Below are positions 1 through 9,665 of a DNA stretch of 64,000 nt, one piece after another. Numbering within the stretch: position 1 is the first letter of the stretch; each line of letters starts with the position of its first letter. The position numbers and the translations under genes are program-made. This stretch comes from Alphaproteobacteria bacterium (lineage in GTDB: Bacteria; Pseudomonadota; Alphaproteobacteria; SP197): NCBI GenBank assembly GCA_964291415.2, contig OZ219917.1, forward strand, positions 768,001 to 832,000. The letters run 5' to 3'. Under the pieces are notes generated by a model. The model was given only the letters and a program-made list of their open reading frames with translations. It searched no databases and was not told where the DNA came from.

Positions 1-150
1 TACTACATGTCCAACGCCGCTGGGCGCCTTGTCGCGCGTCACACGGTTGCGGCGGGCATGACGGCCATGAGCCGGGTATTCGCCGGCACGCTCAGCCGCC
101 GCGCCGACATGGGAGGGGAACGGAAGAATGAAACCGATGCGCGAGGTTGA
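1..150 (+). pseudogene. 3' fragment of an ArsJ-like MFS transporter, apparently truncated
   Basis: Frame 1 reads YYMSNAAGRLV, like the GFYYMANAxGRL motif I recall from ArsJ-type MFS. It then loses hydrophobic character and stops at 148-150. The gene starts outside the window. Confidence 0.35.
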
Positions 151-445
151 AGTGCCGGAAGCCGGGTTTGTGTTCCGGAACCAGGAGCTCCGGCCCGAAA
201 GGCGGCGCACGGCTGGTATCGATGCAGGGAACTCGGAAGGCCCGGTCGATCCGGCGTTTCCGCCCTGGATCGGAGCGCAACGGGAGCCTGACGGCAGACG
301 ATGCGGTGGTGCGCGACGTTGAAGGCCTGCAGGAAGGGCAATCGGTCAGGGTCGGCGCTGACGCTGGCTGCGGAGACGCCCGATCCTTGAGGTCGGCAGG
401 GATCCTGACTAAAGTGTTCCGCGAACGTTTGCGAGGTTGATCGGC

Positions 446-493
446 ATGACAGCGACAACCGTAGTCTTGGGAGCTTGGCGCTTGGACCGGTAA
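446..493 (+). CDS. Putative leader peptide MTATTVVLGAWRLDR (15 aa)
   Basis: ATG 446, TAA 491-493, GAGG at 433-436. It lies directly upstream of a terminator hairpin and an efflux gene. Confidence 0.6.
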   Translation: MTATTVVLGAWRLDR

Positions 494-516
494 CGGACTC
501 CAAACCGAGACCCTGT

Positions 517-549
517 GCGCCTCCGACCATGATCGGGGGCGTTTTTTTT
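517..549 (+). terminator. Intrinsic terminator (attenuator) in the 5' leader of the MFS gene
   Basis: Stem CGCCTCCGA (518-526) / TCGGGGGCG (533-541) with one G-U pair, a 6-nt loop, then T8 (542-549). Confidence 0.85.
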
Positions 550-594
550 GCCTGCTCTGACGCTTGTCCTGCGATCCGGAATGAAACGAGACAG

Positions 595-1806
595 ATGCCA
601 CAAGACAATCCGAATGCACCAAGGTTCATGACGCTGATTGTGCTGAGTGGCCTGTCGGTCCTCTCGCTCAACATGTTCCTGCCGTCGCTGTCGAACATCG
701 CGACGGACTTTGCAGCGCCCTACGCTCTCGTCAATCTGGCCATTGCCGGCTACGCAGGGGCTACCGTGGCCCTGCAGCTGATCGCCGGTCCGTTGTCCGA
801 CCGTTTTGGCCGGCGGCCTGTGATGTTGGCCGCGCTGTTCATTTTCTGCCTGGCCTCATGCGGCTGCCTGTTGGCCAGCGATGTCTGGACCTTCCTGCTG
901 TTTCGCATGATTCAGGCGGCCATCATTTCAGGCTACACGGTGTCGCTCGCCATCGTCAGGGATACCGCCGGCTCGCAGCGCGCGGCGAGTCTGATCGGCT
1001 ATCTGGCCATGGCCTGGGCCGTGGCGCCGATGCTGGGACCGATGCTCGGCGGCCTCCTGGACGAACTCTTCGGCTGGCGCGCCAACTTCTGGGCTTTCCT
1101 GGGATTCGGCACACTTGCCCTGGCCCTTTGCTGGATCGACCTGCGCGAAACCAATCAGTCACCTTGCGAGACGCTGACAAGGCAGTTCCGGGCCTATCCC
1201 GAACTGCTGCGCTCGCACCGCTTCTGGGGTTATGCGCTCTGCATGGCCTTCTCGACCGGCGGCTTCTACGCCTTTCTCAGCGGCGCGCCCCTGGTTGCCA
1301 GCGCGCTGTTCGATGTGCCCCCTGCGCTGCTTGGAGTGTACATCGGGAGCATCACGGCAGGATTTGTGCTCGGCAGCTATCTTTCCGGCCGCCTTGCCGC
1401 GCGACATTCGCTCACCTCCATGATGCTGGGCGGGCGGGTCGTCGCCTGTCTCGGCCTGACCCTCGGGCTGTTGGTCCTGGCATTGGGTGTCGTGCATGAG
1501 GTGACCCTGTTCGGTGCGTGCATGTGCGTCGGCATCGGCAATGGCATCACCATGCCGAGCGCCAGTTCCGGCGCCATGTCGGTGCGACCGACCCTGGCCG
1601 GAAGCGCCTCGGGCCTGTCCGGCGCGCTGACCGTGGCGGTGGGAGCGGCAATCGCGGCGGTCACCGGAGCCGTCTTGACGGCGCACAATGCGGCCTACGG
1701 GTTGCTCGGCATGATGCTGCTGTCTTCAGCCTTGGGTTTGGCAGCCGCACTTCACGTGCTGTGGCTGGATCGTTCGGAAGCACGGCGGCGCCAATCGATC
1801 GCCTGA
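595..1806 (+). CDS. Bcr/CflA family multidrug efflux MFS transporter
   Basis: LNMFLPSL motif D1, GPLSDRFGRRPV motif A, APMLGPMLGG motif C and about 12 TM segments. ATG 595 chosen as start. Confidence 0.9.
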   Translation: MPQDNPNAPRFMTLIVLSGLSVLSLNMFLPSLSNIATDFAAPYALVNLAIAGYAGATVALQLIAGPLSDRFGRRPVMLAALFIFCLASCGCLLASDVWTFLLFRMIQAAIISGYTVSLAIVRDTAGSQRAASLIGYLAMAWAVAPMLGPMLGGLLDELFGWRANFWAFLGFGTLALALCWIDLRETNQSPCETLTRQFRAYPELLRSHRFWGYALCMAFSTGGFYAFLSGAPLVASALFDVPPALLGVYIGSITAGFVLGSYLSGRLAARHSLTSMMLGGRVVACLGLTLGLLVLALGVVHEVTLFGACMCVGIGNGITMPSASSGAMSVRPTLAGSASGLSGALTVAVGAAIAAVTGAVLTAHNAAYGLLGMMLLSSALGLAAALHVLWLDRSEARRRQSIA

Positions 1807-1873
1807 CGCACCGGAACGCCATCGGGTCTCAGGCGGGCGGAAGCACAAGCGGCGCGGAACTGTCGACGATCAC
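1795..1873 (-). pseudogene. VapC (PIN) toxin N-terminal remnant
   Basis: A GTG overlapping the antitoxin TGA gives MIVDSSAPLVLPPA*, like the PIN start MIVDSSALxAIL. It stops after 14 aa, and a shifted frame continues RPDGVPVRQAI. Confidence 0.65.
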
Positions 1874-2127
1874 CTGGGCAGACCCTGATCATCATGGAGC
1901 AGGTCACCATGTTCGACAGACGGCCGCCCGGGCCCCATGAGTTTCGCACAACGCTCCGCGATGGCGCGAAGTTCCCCGGCCCGGGCTTCCACGCTGCGGC
2001 GACGTTGCTCACGTTCCAGACGTTCGCGCAGTGCGACAGTTGTCGCGTGCGTCATGGTCTCTCCAGTCAACGTGGCGAACTCTCTGGCCAGCGAGCACGT
2101 CTCGCTGTTCTTGATGTTCGGGCCCAT
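1870..2127 (-). CDS. VapB-type antitoxin (Rv0623-like)
   Basis: NIKNSETCSLAREFATLTGETMTHATTVALRERL and the C-terminal LLHDDQGLPR are typical of this family. Confidence 0.8.
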   Translation of the reverse strand: MGPNIKNSETCSLAREFATLTGETMTHATTVALRERLEREQRRRSVEARAGELRAIAERCAKLMGPGRPSVEHGDLLHDDQGLPR

Positions 2128-2495
2128 CGCTCTTCCTGGTAGAACAGTTATGATCTGTCCACCATGTGCATTTTCGTTAGCCGTTTCAACGCCGGCCAGC
2201 GGGGTCATGTTACCGTGGCGGGTGTTTGTGCGTCGTGGGTCGCCAACGCCGCACCGCATCCCGTCAGACCCGCCTTGGTCTCGGTTCGACGGGACGTTGA
2301 CTGGTTACGCCGCCAACGGTGCGATGTCCGCCCGGTTGCACGATGCTCCGGTAACGAGCGCCCTCGATGAGCGGCGCGACGCATCGTCTGATGGAGGGCG
2401 CCATGCTATGTTGGCGTGCACTTCTGCAGGGCCTTCCAGGACCACGCCGGTGGTTCGCGAGGGCATGCCAGGGCTGACGGGAGAGAGACCGGACG

Positions 2496-3824
2496 ATGCC
2501 GGATGCACGCAGGATCGGGATACTGCCGGTCAACGACACGACCAACGGCTGGAGCCGCATTCTCGGGCCACGGACGCCGCGTTCGGCACTTGCCGGGGAT
2601 GTGGTGGCCGACTGGGTGGTCGTGGGGGCGGGATGGGCCGGGCTGGCGGCGGCGCGGCGTCTCGCCGAAAACAGGCCGGACGACAGCATTGTCCTTCTCG
2701 AGGCGGACGAGGCGGGGGAGAACGCGTCGGGACGCAACAGCGGCTTTGCCATCGACCTTCCCCACAACGTCGGCGATTCGCTGGCCGAACTCGAGGGCAG
2801 CCATCGCTTCATGGCCCTGGCGCGGGCCGCCATCGATCACCTCGAGGAGGCCGTGAGATGTCACGGCATCGATTGCGACTGGAGCCGGCGAGGCAAGTAT
2901 CACGCCGCCCGTTCGCAGAGGGGAAAGGGGGAGATTCTCGAGCCCTTCGCCCGGGAACTCGAGGCGCTCGGCGAGCCTTTCCGCTGGCTGGAGCGGGACG
3001 CGCTTGCGGGCGAGGTCGGGACACCGGCCTTCCACGCGGCGGTCTATACGCCGGGCTGCGTCCTCTTCAATCCGGCGGCGCTGACCCGCGGCCTGGCCGA
3101 TCACCTTCCCGAGGGGGTCAGCCTCTACGAGAACACGCCCGTCACGTCGTTGACGTTGCGAAACGGCGTGGAACTCGCGACACCGGGGGGCAACGTGCGG
3201 GCGGCGCGCATGATTCTCGCCACCAACGGCTTTGCCCGCGAGTTCGGGTTCTTCCGGCGCCATCTCGTGCCGATTGCCGCCCATGCCAGCCTGACGCGCC
3301 CCTTGAACGAGGCGGAGCGGCAGGCGCTCGGGGGCGAGGACGACTGGGGGATCACGCCGGCCAATGCCATTGCCGGCGTCACCATGCGGTTCACCAGGGA
3401 TCACCGCATCCTGATTCGCCAGGGGTTCCGCTACGCACCGGAGTTCCGGATTGCCGGATCGGAGCAGTTGGCGGCACGGCGCGACCACGAGGCCTGTTTC
3501 CGGTCCCGGTTTCCCATGCTCGGCGACGTCACGATGGAGCATACCTGGACCGGGTTCATCTGCCTCTCGCGCAACGGTGCGCCGGGCTTTGGCCAGGTCG
3601 CCGGCAACGTGTGGGCCGCCGTTTGCCAGAACGCGGTCGGCGTCACCAAGGGCACCATCGGCGGGCTGCTCGCCGCCGACATGGCGAGCGGGCGCGACAA
3701 CGATCTCATCTCCTACATGGAGAGTCTCGGGACTCCCCGGGCGCTGCCCCCTGCCTTCCTCACGCGTCTCGGCGTCACGCTGCGCCTGGCCGGAGAAGTC
3801 TGGTTCAACCGGCACGAGAAGTAG
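2496..3824 (+). CDS. FAD-dependent oxidoreductase (DAO/PuuB-like)
   Basis: VVVGAGWAGL Rossmann motif, ASGRNSGF, ILATNGF. Confidence 0.85.
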   Translation: MPDARRIGILPVNDTTNGWSRILGPRTPRSALAGDVVADWVVVGAGWAGLAAARRLAENRPDDSIVLLEADEAGENASGRNSGFAIDLPHNVGDSLAELEGSHRFMALARAAIDHLEEAVRCHGIDCDWSRRGKYHAARSQRGKGEILEPFARELEALGEPFRWLERDALAGEVGTPAFHAAVYTPGCVLFNPAALTRGLADHLPEGVSLYENTPVTSLTLRNGVELATPGGNVRAARMILATNGFAREFGFFRRHLVPIAAHASLTRPLNEAERQALGGEDDWGITPANAIAGVTMRFTRDHRILIRQGFRYAPEFRIAGSEQLAARRDHEACFRSRFPMLGDVTMEHTWTGFICLSRNGAPGFGQVAGNVWAAVCQNAVGVTKGTIGGLLAADMASGRDNDLISYMESLGTPRALPPAFLTRLGVTLRLAGEVWFNRHEK

Positions 3825-3836
3825 GGAGGCGGCCTC

Positions 3837-4931
3837 TCACTCGATGCTTTCCAGGAGCGTCCCGACACGCCCGTATTCGCTCGTCGACGGCTCGAAGAGG
3901 TCCCTGAGGCGCGTCCAACGCTCGCGGGCCCTCGCGGCATCGCCCTCGATCGCCGCCGCGAGACCGGTGACGTAGAGGGCATGGGGGTTGTCGGGACGGG
4001 TTTCGAGGACCCCTTCCATGTCGGCAAGGACGCTGGCGGACACACCTGTTGTCCGGTCGACGGGCGCGGCGACCGCGGCCGCGAAGCCGTCCACGAGGTC
4101 AGAGTCACCGGGAGCGAGTTCGAGGGCGCGCTCGTAGGCCAGACGGGCCTTCGGCCAGTCCTCCAGCACGGTGTAGGAGTGGGCGAGGCGCTTCCATCCC
4201 TCGAGATCGTCCGGCTCGTCCTCGAGCCGCCGGGCAAGGCCCTCGACCATGCCCGTGATCATGGCCTGGGTGTCGTCTCCGGAGTCACCTGCCGATCCCC
4301 CTGCATCCGAGATGTGACGGCGCAGTTCACCCATCCAGGGCGCGTCCGCGGGTGAATCGTCGAGAAGATCGCGCCAGACAACCAGAGCTCCGCCCGTATC
4401 GCCGGCCTGCGCCAGGGCAACGCCGCCGTAGAAGCGCGCCACCGGCTGACTGGCGTCGATGCCGAGGGACCGTGCGAACAGGAGCCGGGCTGCAGGAGTC
4501 ACGAGTCCGCCGTGGGCGAGCACGATGAACTCGCCCTGCCGGGCGAGAAGTTCCGCATTGCCGGGATCCAGGACCGCCGCCTCGGCCATGGCGAGTGCCG
4601 CTTCGCCGTAGCGTCTGGAGAGACCCTGGGCATTGGCGATCCAGATCCAGGCATCGATATCCGTCGGCTCCTCGGCCAGGCGGCTCCGGGCGCGCTCCAG
4701 GTGAGCGGCAAGTTCGGGGTCGCTGCTGGCGACATCGCGACCGGCAAGGGGCTGGTCGGCCAGTTGCGGCGATCCGATTGCGGCATAGATGGCGATCGCT
4801 CCGGCGATGACGGCGAAGGAGACCGCGACGACCAGGCCGCGGCGTCGCAGACCGTCGCCCCGGGAGAGAAGGGGCAGTGCCAGCAGGACGAGGGCCGCCA
4901 CGATGATGTTGGCGAACGCCAGGTGGATCAT
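3837..4931 (-). CDS. ccmI: Cytochrome c biogenesis TPR protein CcmI/CycH
   Basis: N-terminal TM helices, YAAIGSPQLADQPL, TPR-like repeats and MITGMVEGLARRL. Coupled to ccmH. Confidence 0.8.
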   Translation of the reverse strand: MIHLAFANIIVAALVLLALPLLSRGDGLRRRGLVVAVSFAVIAGAIAIYAAIGSPQLADQPLAGRDVASSDPELAAHLERARSRLAEEPTDIDAWIWIANAQGLSRRYGEAALAMAEAAVLDPGNAELLARQGEFIVLAHGGLVTPAARLLFARSLGIDASQPVARFYGGVALAQAGDTGGALVVWRDLLDDSPADAPWMGELRRHISDAGGSAGDSGDDTQAMITGMVEGLARRLEDEPDDLEGWKRLAHSYTVLEDWPKARLAYERALELAPGDSDLVDGFAAAVAAPVDRTTGVSASVLADMEGVLETRPDNPHALYVTGLAAAIEGDAARARERWTRLRDLFEPSTSEYGRVGTLLESIE

Positions 4932-5392
4932 GGCCCGTCCCCGTTCCCCGCATGCCGGTTGCGGCGCAGGGCGAAGAAGACCACCAGGGCGCCTGCCGCG
5001 AGCGCCGCCAGCGGTGCTCCCCAGAGTATGATCGTGTCACCGCGCAGCGGCGGCTTGAGGAGGACGTAGTCGCCGTAGCGCTCGACGATCCAGGCGACGG
5101 CCGCCTCGTCGCTGTCTCCCGCCTCGATACGCTGGCGCAGGATCACCCTCAGATCACGCGCCAGGGGCGCATCGGAATCCTCGATCGACTGGTTCTGGCA
5201 GACCAGGCAGCGCAGTTCGCGCCCCAGATCACGGGCCCGGGCTTCCATGGCGGGGTCGGCGAGGATCTCGTCCGGCTCCACGGCGTGGAGAGGCTCCACC
5301 GCGGTGAGGAGCAGCAGGCCGGAAAGAATGAGGGGGCGCAGCACGGCACGCCAGCCGGCCCCGCAAGTCCGGCGTCGCTGACCGCCGGTCAT
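4928..5392 (-). CDS. ccmH: Cytochrome c biogenesis protein CcmH/CycL
   Basis: LRCLVCQNQSIEDS motif and ERYGDYVLLKPP. Confidence 0.95.
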   Translation of the reverse strand: MTGGQRRRTCGAGWRAVLRPLILSGLLLLTAVEPLHAVEPDEILADPAMEARARDLGRELRCLVCQNQSIEDSDAPLARDLRVILRQRIEAGDSDEAAVAWIVERYGDYVLLKPPLRGDTIILWGAPLAALAAGALVVFFALRRNRHAGNGDGP

Positions 5393-7326
5393 GACGGCCC
5401 ACCTCTCCGGCGGACGAGGCCGATGGCGCCTCCTGCCGCCATCAGCAAGGCGCCGCCCCAGATCCAGGGAACCAGGGGGTTGTGGTAGAGGCGCACGACA
5501 TGGGCGCCGTCACCGACGGCATCGCCGATGACGACGTAGAGATCGGCCAGAAGCGTGGTGTGAATGGCGGCTTCCGTCGTCTGCGTCGCCTGGACGAGGT
5601 AGGAGCGCCGCTCCGGTTCGAGGCGGGTAATGTGGCGGCCGTCGGCCATGACCAGGAACGTCCCGCGCTCGGCATCGTAGTTGGGCCCCGCCACCATCTG
5701 CGCTCCCTCGAAGACGAGCGTGTACCCGGCGATCTCCTGGCGATCGCCTGCCGCCATGGTGCGGATGATCTCCGTCTGCCAGGCCGAGGACGCCGTCACG
5801 CCGGCGACGAAGACCGCCAGACCGAGATGGGCGAGGTGCATCGCATGGGATGCTGCAGGCAGTCGCCGTGCCCGTTGCCAGCTCTGCCGCAGGGGGCACC
5901 TGAAGATCCTGATTCGCTCCCCGTACTCGAGGATCACCGACCCGGCGATCCAGACCGAAAGGGCGATGCCGAAGGCCGGGAGAGGCGATGTCTGCAGGGT
6001 CCACCACCACGCGATCCCCCAGGTTGCCACGGCGACCAGCGCCAGCAGTTTCAGGCGCGACAGCACGCCCGCGAGATCGGCCCGTTTCCAGGGCGCCATC
6101 ATGCCGAGGGCAACGAGGATGAGGAGCGGAACCATGAGGGGGACGAAGACGATTTCGAAGTAGGGCGGACCGACGGAAACGGTGGCGCCGCCGACGACGT
6201 CGAGGAGCAGGGGGTAGAGGGTTCCCGTCAGCACCGTGAAACAGCCGGCGGCGAGGAACAGGTTGTTGAGAACCAGCGCGCCCTCGCGGCTCACCGGGGC
6301 GAAGAGGCCTCCTGGCCGCAGCGACGGCGCCCGCATCGCATAGAGCGCCAGGGCCCCGCCGATGGCCGCTGTCAGGATGGCGAGTATGAAGATGCCGCGC
6401 GCCGGGTCGACCGCGAAGGCATGGACGGAGGTGAGGACGCCGGAACGCACCAGGAACGTTCCCAGCAGGCTGAGCGAGAACGCGAGGATGGCCAGCAGGA
6501 TGGTCCAGCTCTTCAGGGCCTCACGCTTCCCGGTCACGATCGTCGAATGGAGAAGGGCGGTGGCTGCCAACCACGGCATGAAGGAGGCATTCTCCACCGG
6601 ATCCCAGAACCACCATCCCCCCCATCCGAGTTCGTAGTAGGCCCACCAGCTTCCCAGCGCGATTCCGGTGGTGAGGAAGGTCCATGAGGCGAGCGTGAAG
6701 GGGCGCACCCACTGGGCCCAGCGCCGGTCGACCCGGCCCTCGATGAGGGCCGCCACGGCAAAGGCGAATGTCACCGAAAGACCGACATAGCCGAGATAGA
6801 GAAACGGCGGATGGAAGGCGAGACCGGGGTCCTGGAGGATGGGGTTGAGATCGCGGCCGTCCACCGGCGGCGGGGCGAGGCGTTCGAAGGGATTGGAGGT
6901 GAAGAGGGAAAACGCGAGGAAGCTCGCGGCGATGAGGCCCAGGACACCGAGAACCCTTGCCTTCGTCTCAAGCGGCAAGCGGTCGCCGCGAACGGCGACC
7001 GCGAGGGCAAAGAGGGCAAGGATGAAGACCCAGAGAACGAGGGATCCCTCGTGATTTCCCCACACGCCGGTCACCTTGTAGAGCATCGGCTTGAGGGAAT
7101 GGGAGTTCTCGAAGACGTTGCGCAGAGAGAAATCCGAGTGGATGTAGGCCAGGGTGAGGGCGGTGAAGGCGATCATCGTCATGGCCGCCTGGGCGAGCGC
7201 GGCGCCGGTTGCAAGTTTCATCCACGCCTCATGGCCGCGGGCCGCACCGGCAAGCGGCAGCGTACCCTGCAGGAGGGCAAGGCAAAGGGCCAGGATCAGT
7301 GCAAAATGACCGGTTTCCGCGATCAA
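5389..7326 (-). CDS. ccmF: Heme lyase CcmF/CycK
   Basis: WAYYELGWGGWWFWDPVENASFMPW (WWD motif) and SVHAFA. TTG start. Confidence 0.97.
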   Translation of the reverse strand: MIAETGHFALILALCLALLQGTLPLAGAARGHEAWMKLATGAALAQAAMTMIAFTALTLAYIHSDFSLRNVFENSHSLKPMLYKVTGVWGNHEGSLVLWVFILALFALAVAVRGDRLPLETKARVLGVLGLIAASFLAFSLFTSNPFERLAPPPVDGRDLNPILQDPGLAFHPPFLYLGYVGLSVTFAFAVAALIEGRVDRRWAQWVRPFTLASWTFLTTGIALGSWWAYYELGWGGWWFWDPVENASFMPWLAATALLHSTIVTGKREALKSWTILLAILAFSLSLLGTFLVRSGVLTSVHAFAVDPARGIFILAILTAAIGGALALYAMRAPSLRPGGLFAPVSREGALVLNNLFLAAGCFTVLTGTLYPLLLDVVGGATVSVGPPYFEIVFVPLMVPLLILVALGMMAPWKRADLAGVLSRLKLLALVAVATWGIAWWWTLQTSPLPAFGIALSVWIAGSVILEYGERIRIFRCPLRQSWQRARRLPAASHAMHLAHLGLAVFVAGVTASSAWQTEIIRTMAAGDRQEIAGYTLVFEGAQMVAGPNYDAERGTFLVMADGRHITRLEPERRSYLVQATQTTEAAIHTTLLADLYVVIGDAVGDGAHVVRLYHNPLVPWIWGGALLMAAGGAIGLVRRRGGPS

Positions 7327-7342
7327 GGCGCCAGGTTTCCCG

Positions 7343-7867
7343 TCAACGCAGTTTCCTCAGGTAGAGGTAGTAGGCGCCATCGCCCCCGTGCTGCGGTCTG
7401 GCCGGTGCCAGAGCGACGATGCGCCGGCGCATGCCGGGTTCGTTGAGCCACTGCGGCACCAGGCGGCGGAGAACACCGGTGCGCTCCTCGAGCGGACCCC
7501 TCTGTCCCTTGCCGGTGATCAGGAGGACGACCCGGTGGCGCTGCTCCTGGGAGCGGGCGAGAAAGGCCTGAAGTTCCGCATGGGCCTCACGCTGGGTGAA
7601 TCCATGAAGATCAAGGCGGTTCTCGATAGCCAGCTGGCCACGCCTGAACCGATCCGCCTGGCGGCGGTCGAGCCCGTCGACGGCACCGGGAACAAGCGTT
7701 CTGGCAACCGTCTTGCGGGGTGCGGCTGGCGCCGGTTGCCGGTGGCGGGTGGCAGCGGCCGGCCTTTCCGGTTCCACTGGCGGCTCGGCACCCGGCGGCC
7801 GGTTCCTGAGCGGCGTCACCGAACGCGTCACCCGGCTCCACAGGGCGTCGTCATCGTCGCAGTTCAT
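7343..7867 (-). CDS. Smr domain protein
   Basis: RLDLHGFT, LLITGKG, HGGDGAYYLYLR. ATG 7867 overlaps the Rieske stop. Confidence 0.92.
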   Translation of the reverse strand: MNCDDDDALWSRVTRSVTPLRNRPPGAEPPVEPERPAAATRHRQPAPAAPRKTVARTLVPGAVDGLDRRQADRFRRGQLAIENRLDLHGFTQREAHAELQAFLARSQEQRHRVVLLITGKGQRGPLEERTGVLRRLVPQWLNEPGMRRRIVALAPARPQHGGDGAYYLYLRKLR

Positions 7868-9000
7868 GTCAGCCTCCTGGCGAGATAGCGCCAGAACTCC
7901 CACAGGGTCCTCTCCTTGGGGCAAAGCGGTCCGGGCTGGACGTGATCACTCTTCAGATTGCGGGCGATCGATTCGACGATTCGCCTGTCCTCGAGATTCA
8001 CGGCTTCGAATGTCACTCTCATGTCATCCTGAAAGGCGGCATATCCATCGGCATCCGCCGGAACCATCGATCGTGCAACGGTCACGCCCCAGAGCACCCT
8101 GACGTGATCGATGCCGTCGGGCTGCAATGACATCCAGAAACCGCGCGCCAGGCTGGTTGATACCACGTGACAAGGATAGATGTGCATGAGGGGAAAGCGC
8201 CGTCGGGCCTCATCGCTGGCCTCGGGCCGGGTCTTCTCCGCCGGCCGCGTGGTTTCCATCCAGTGGATGTTCCAGTCCGCTTCTCCCGGTTCACACTCAA
8301 CCCCCTGGGTCGGAGTGTAGGGTTGCAGGGTTTCGCGGTGACTGGAGAAGAGGTGGTAGCTCTCCGTGAAGTTCTCGGCGAGCGTCTTCCAGTTGCAGGC
8401 CCAGGTCTCGTTGGCGCGCCAGACCATGACATGGTCCGCCGGATACCAGGGGGCGATTCGCGACGACAGGCTGCCAAGCCGTGACGACATTGGCGCCACG
8501 TCGTCATCGAGCGTGACGTAGATCCATCCCTCCCAGATGTCGGTCCGCACCTGAGGCAGGGAGATGGACGACAGATCGGGCCTGTCCCCGCTGAACGGCG
8601 CGCCAAGCAGGGCCCCCTCAAGATCATAGGTCCAGGCGTGGTAGGGACAGACGATCCGTTCGGCGTGACCGCACCCGTCAAGAAGTCGGGCGCCGCGATG
8701 GCGGCAAATGTTGACCAGCGCGGCGAGAGTGCCGTCCCGCTGGCGGATCACGGCCACGGGCGTGTCGACGATGCGGTGGGTGATGTAGTCGCCGGGTTCG
8801 GGAATCTCGTCCACCCGGCCAACACAGACCCAGTCTGCGAGAAACAGCCGGCGGATCTCGAGGGCAGCGAAGTCCGGGTCGACGTAGGCCCCGCGGGGCA
8901 ACGTCACGGCGTCCGCAAAGGGCCGTGCGGCAGTGCGGGCGACAGAGGCGAGAAGATCGTCGATACCGGACATGAAGGGCGGGCCTCCGACGGCTGTCAC
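7864..9000 (-). CDS. Rieske non-heme iron oxygenase alpha subunit
   Basis: CRHRG...CPYHAW Rieske ligands, NWKTLAENFTESYHLFSSH mononuclear Fe motif and a late NLED. Confidence 0.92.
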   Translation of the reverse strand: MTAVGGPPFMSGIDDLLASVARTAARPFADAVTLPRGAYVDPDFAALEIRRLFLADWVCVGRVDEIPEPGDYITHRIVDTPVAVIRQRDGTLAALVNICRHRGARLLDGCGHAERIVCPYHAWTYDLEGALLGAPFSGDRPDLSSISLPQVRTDIWEGWIYVTLDDDVAPMSSRLGSLSSRIAPWYPADHVMVWRANETWACNWKTLAENFTESYHLFSSHRETLQPYTPTQGVECEPGEADWNIHWMETTRPAEKTRPEASDEARRRFPLMHIYPCHVVSTSLARGFWMSLQPDGIDHVRVLWGVTVARSMVPADADGYAAFQDDMRVTFEAVNLEDRRIVESIARNLKSDHVQPGPLCPKERTLWEFWRYLARRLT

Positions 9001-9665
9001 GTCTCCTTCACGAGAACGATGTGAAGGTGTCGCGGCCCGTGCACACCGGTCTGGATGGTCTGCTCGATGTCACCGGTGCGGCTGACGCCGGTGATCATGT
9101 TGACGGTACGGGGCAGGGACCCTGCCGAGGCACGACCGGAGGCTCTCAGCCGGTCCCAGACGTCCTCGGCGGCGCCGACTATATCGCTTTCCCTCAGGAC
9201 GGCAATATGCGTCTCCGGCAGAAAGTTCATCGTCGACGGGCTGTCGGGGCCCGAGGTCATGATGAGCGTGCCTGTCTCGGCGACTGCACAGAAGGCCCGG
9301 TTGACCCCGCAGTGATCGCTGTCGAGGGGTTTGCGCGGTTCGGCGGTGATGGCCATCGCCGTCCAGTCCATGGATTCGAGATCGTTATGGGGGGCGACAG
9401 CGACGCGGGCAGGAAGATTGCGCTGGCGCAGGTAGCGGGACACTTCCGACGGCACGTCCTCGAGGCCTGCCACGCGCATCACGCTCGCCTGGACAGCTTC
9501 GGCCTTGCTGACGAAGACGTCGATGAGTTCGGCATCCGACGACTGGGCGCACTCCGGCTGCAGGTTGCGCCGGTGCCGTTTGAGCCTTGCCGTCGCGTCG
9601 CGTTCCCGACCTTGAAGGGACGCCTCGCGAATGCGCGACAGGATGTCGTGACGGGCGTCGCTCAT
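8997..9665 (-). CDS. lutC: Lactate utilisation protein LutC (LUD domain)
   Basis: AVAETGTL, ITGVSRTGDIEQTIQTGVHGPRHL. Start MSDARHDIL. Confidence 0.88.
   Translation of the reverse strand: MSDARHDILSRIREASLQGRERDATARLKRHRRNLQPECAQSSDAELIDVFVSKAEAVQASVMRVAGLEDVPSEVSRYLRQRNLPARVAVAPHNDLESMDWTAMAITAEPRKPLDSDHCGVNRAFCAVAETGTLIMTSGPDSPSTMNFLPETHIAVLRESDIVGAAEDVWDRLRASGRASAGSLPRTVNMITGVSRTGDIEQTIQTGVHGPRHLHIVLVKET

Noticed and set aside
141-440. 10-bp direct repeat GCGAGGTTGA (141-150, 431-440) around short ORFs
   Set aside because: No transposase or terminal inverted repeats. It could be chance, and the ORFs are unrecognisable.
475-594. N-terminal extension of the MFS ORF
   Set aside because: It runs through the terminator hairpin and T-tract. 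ATG 595 fits the family length.
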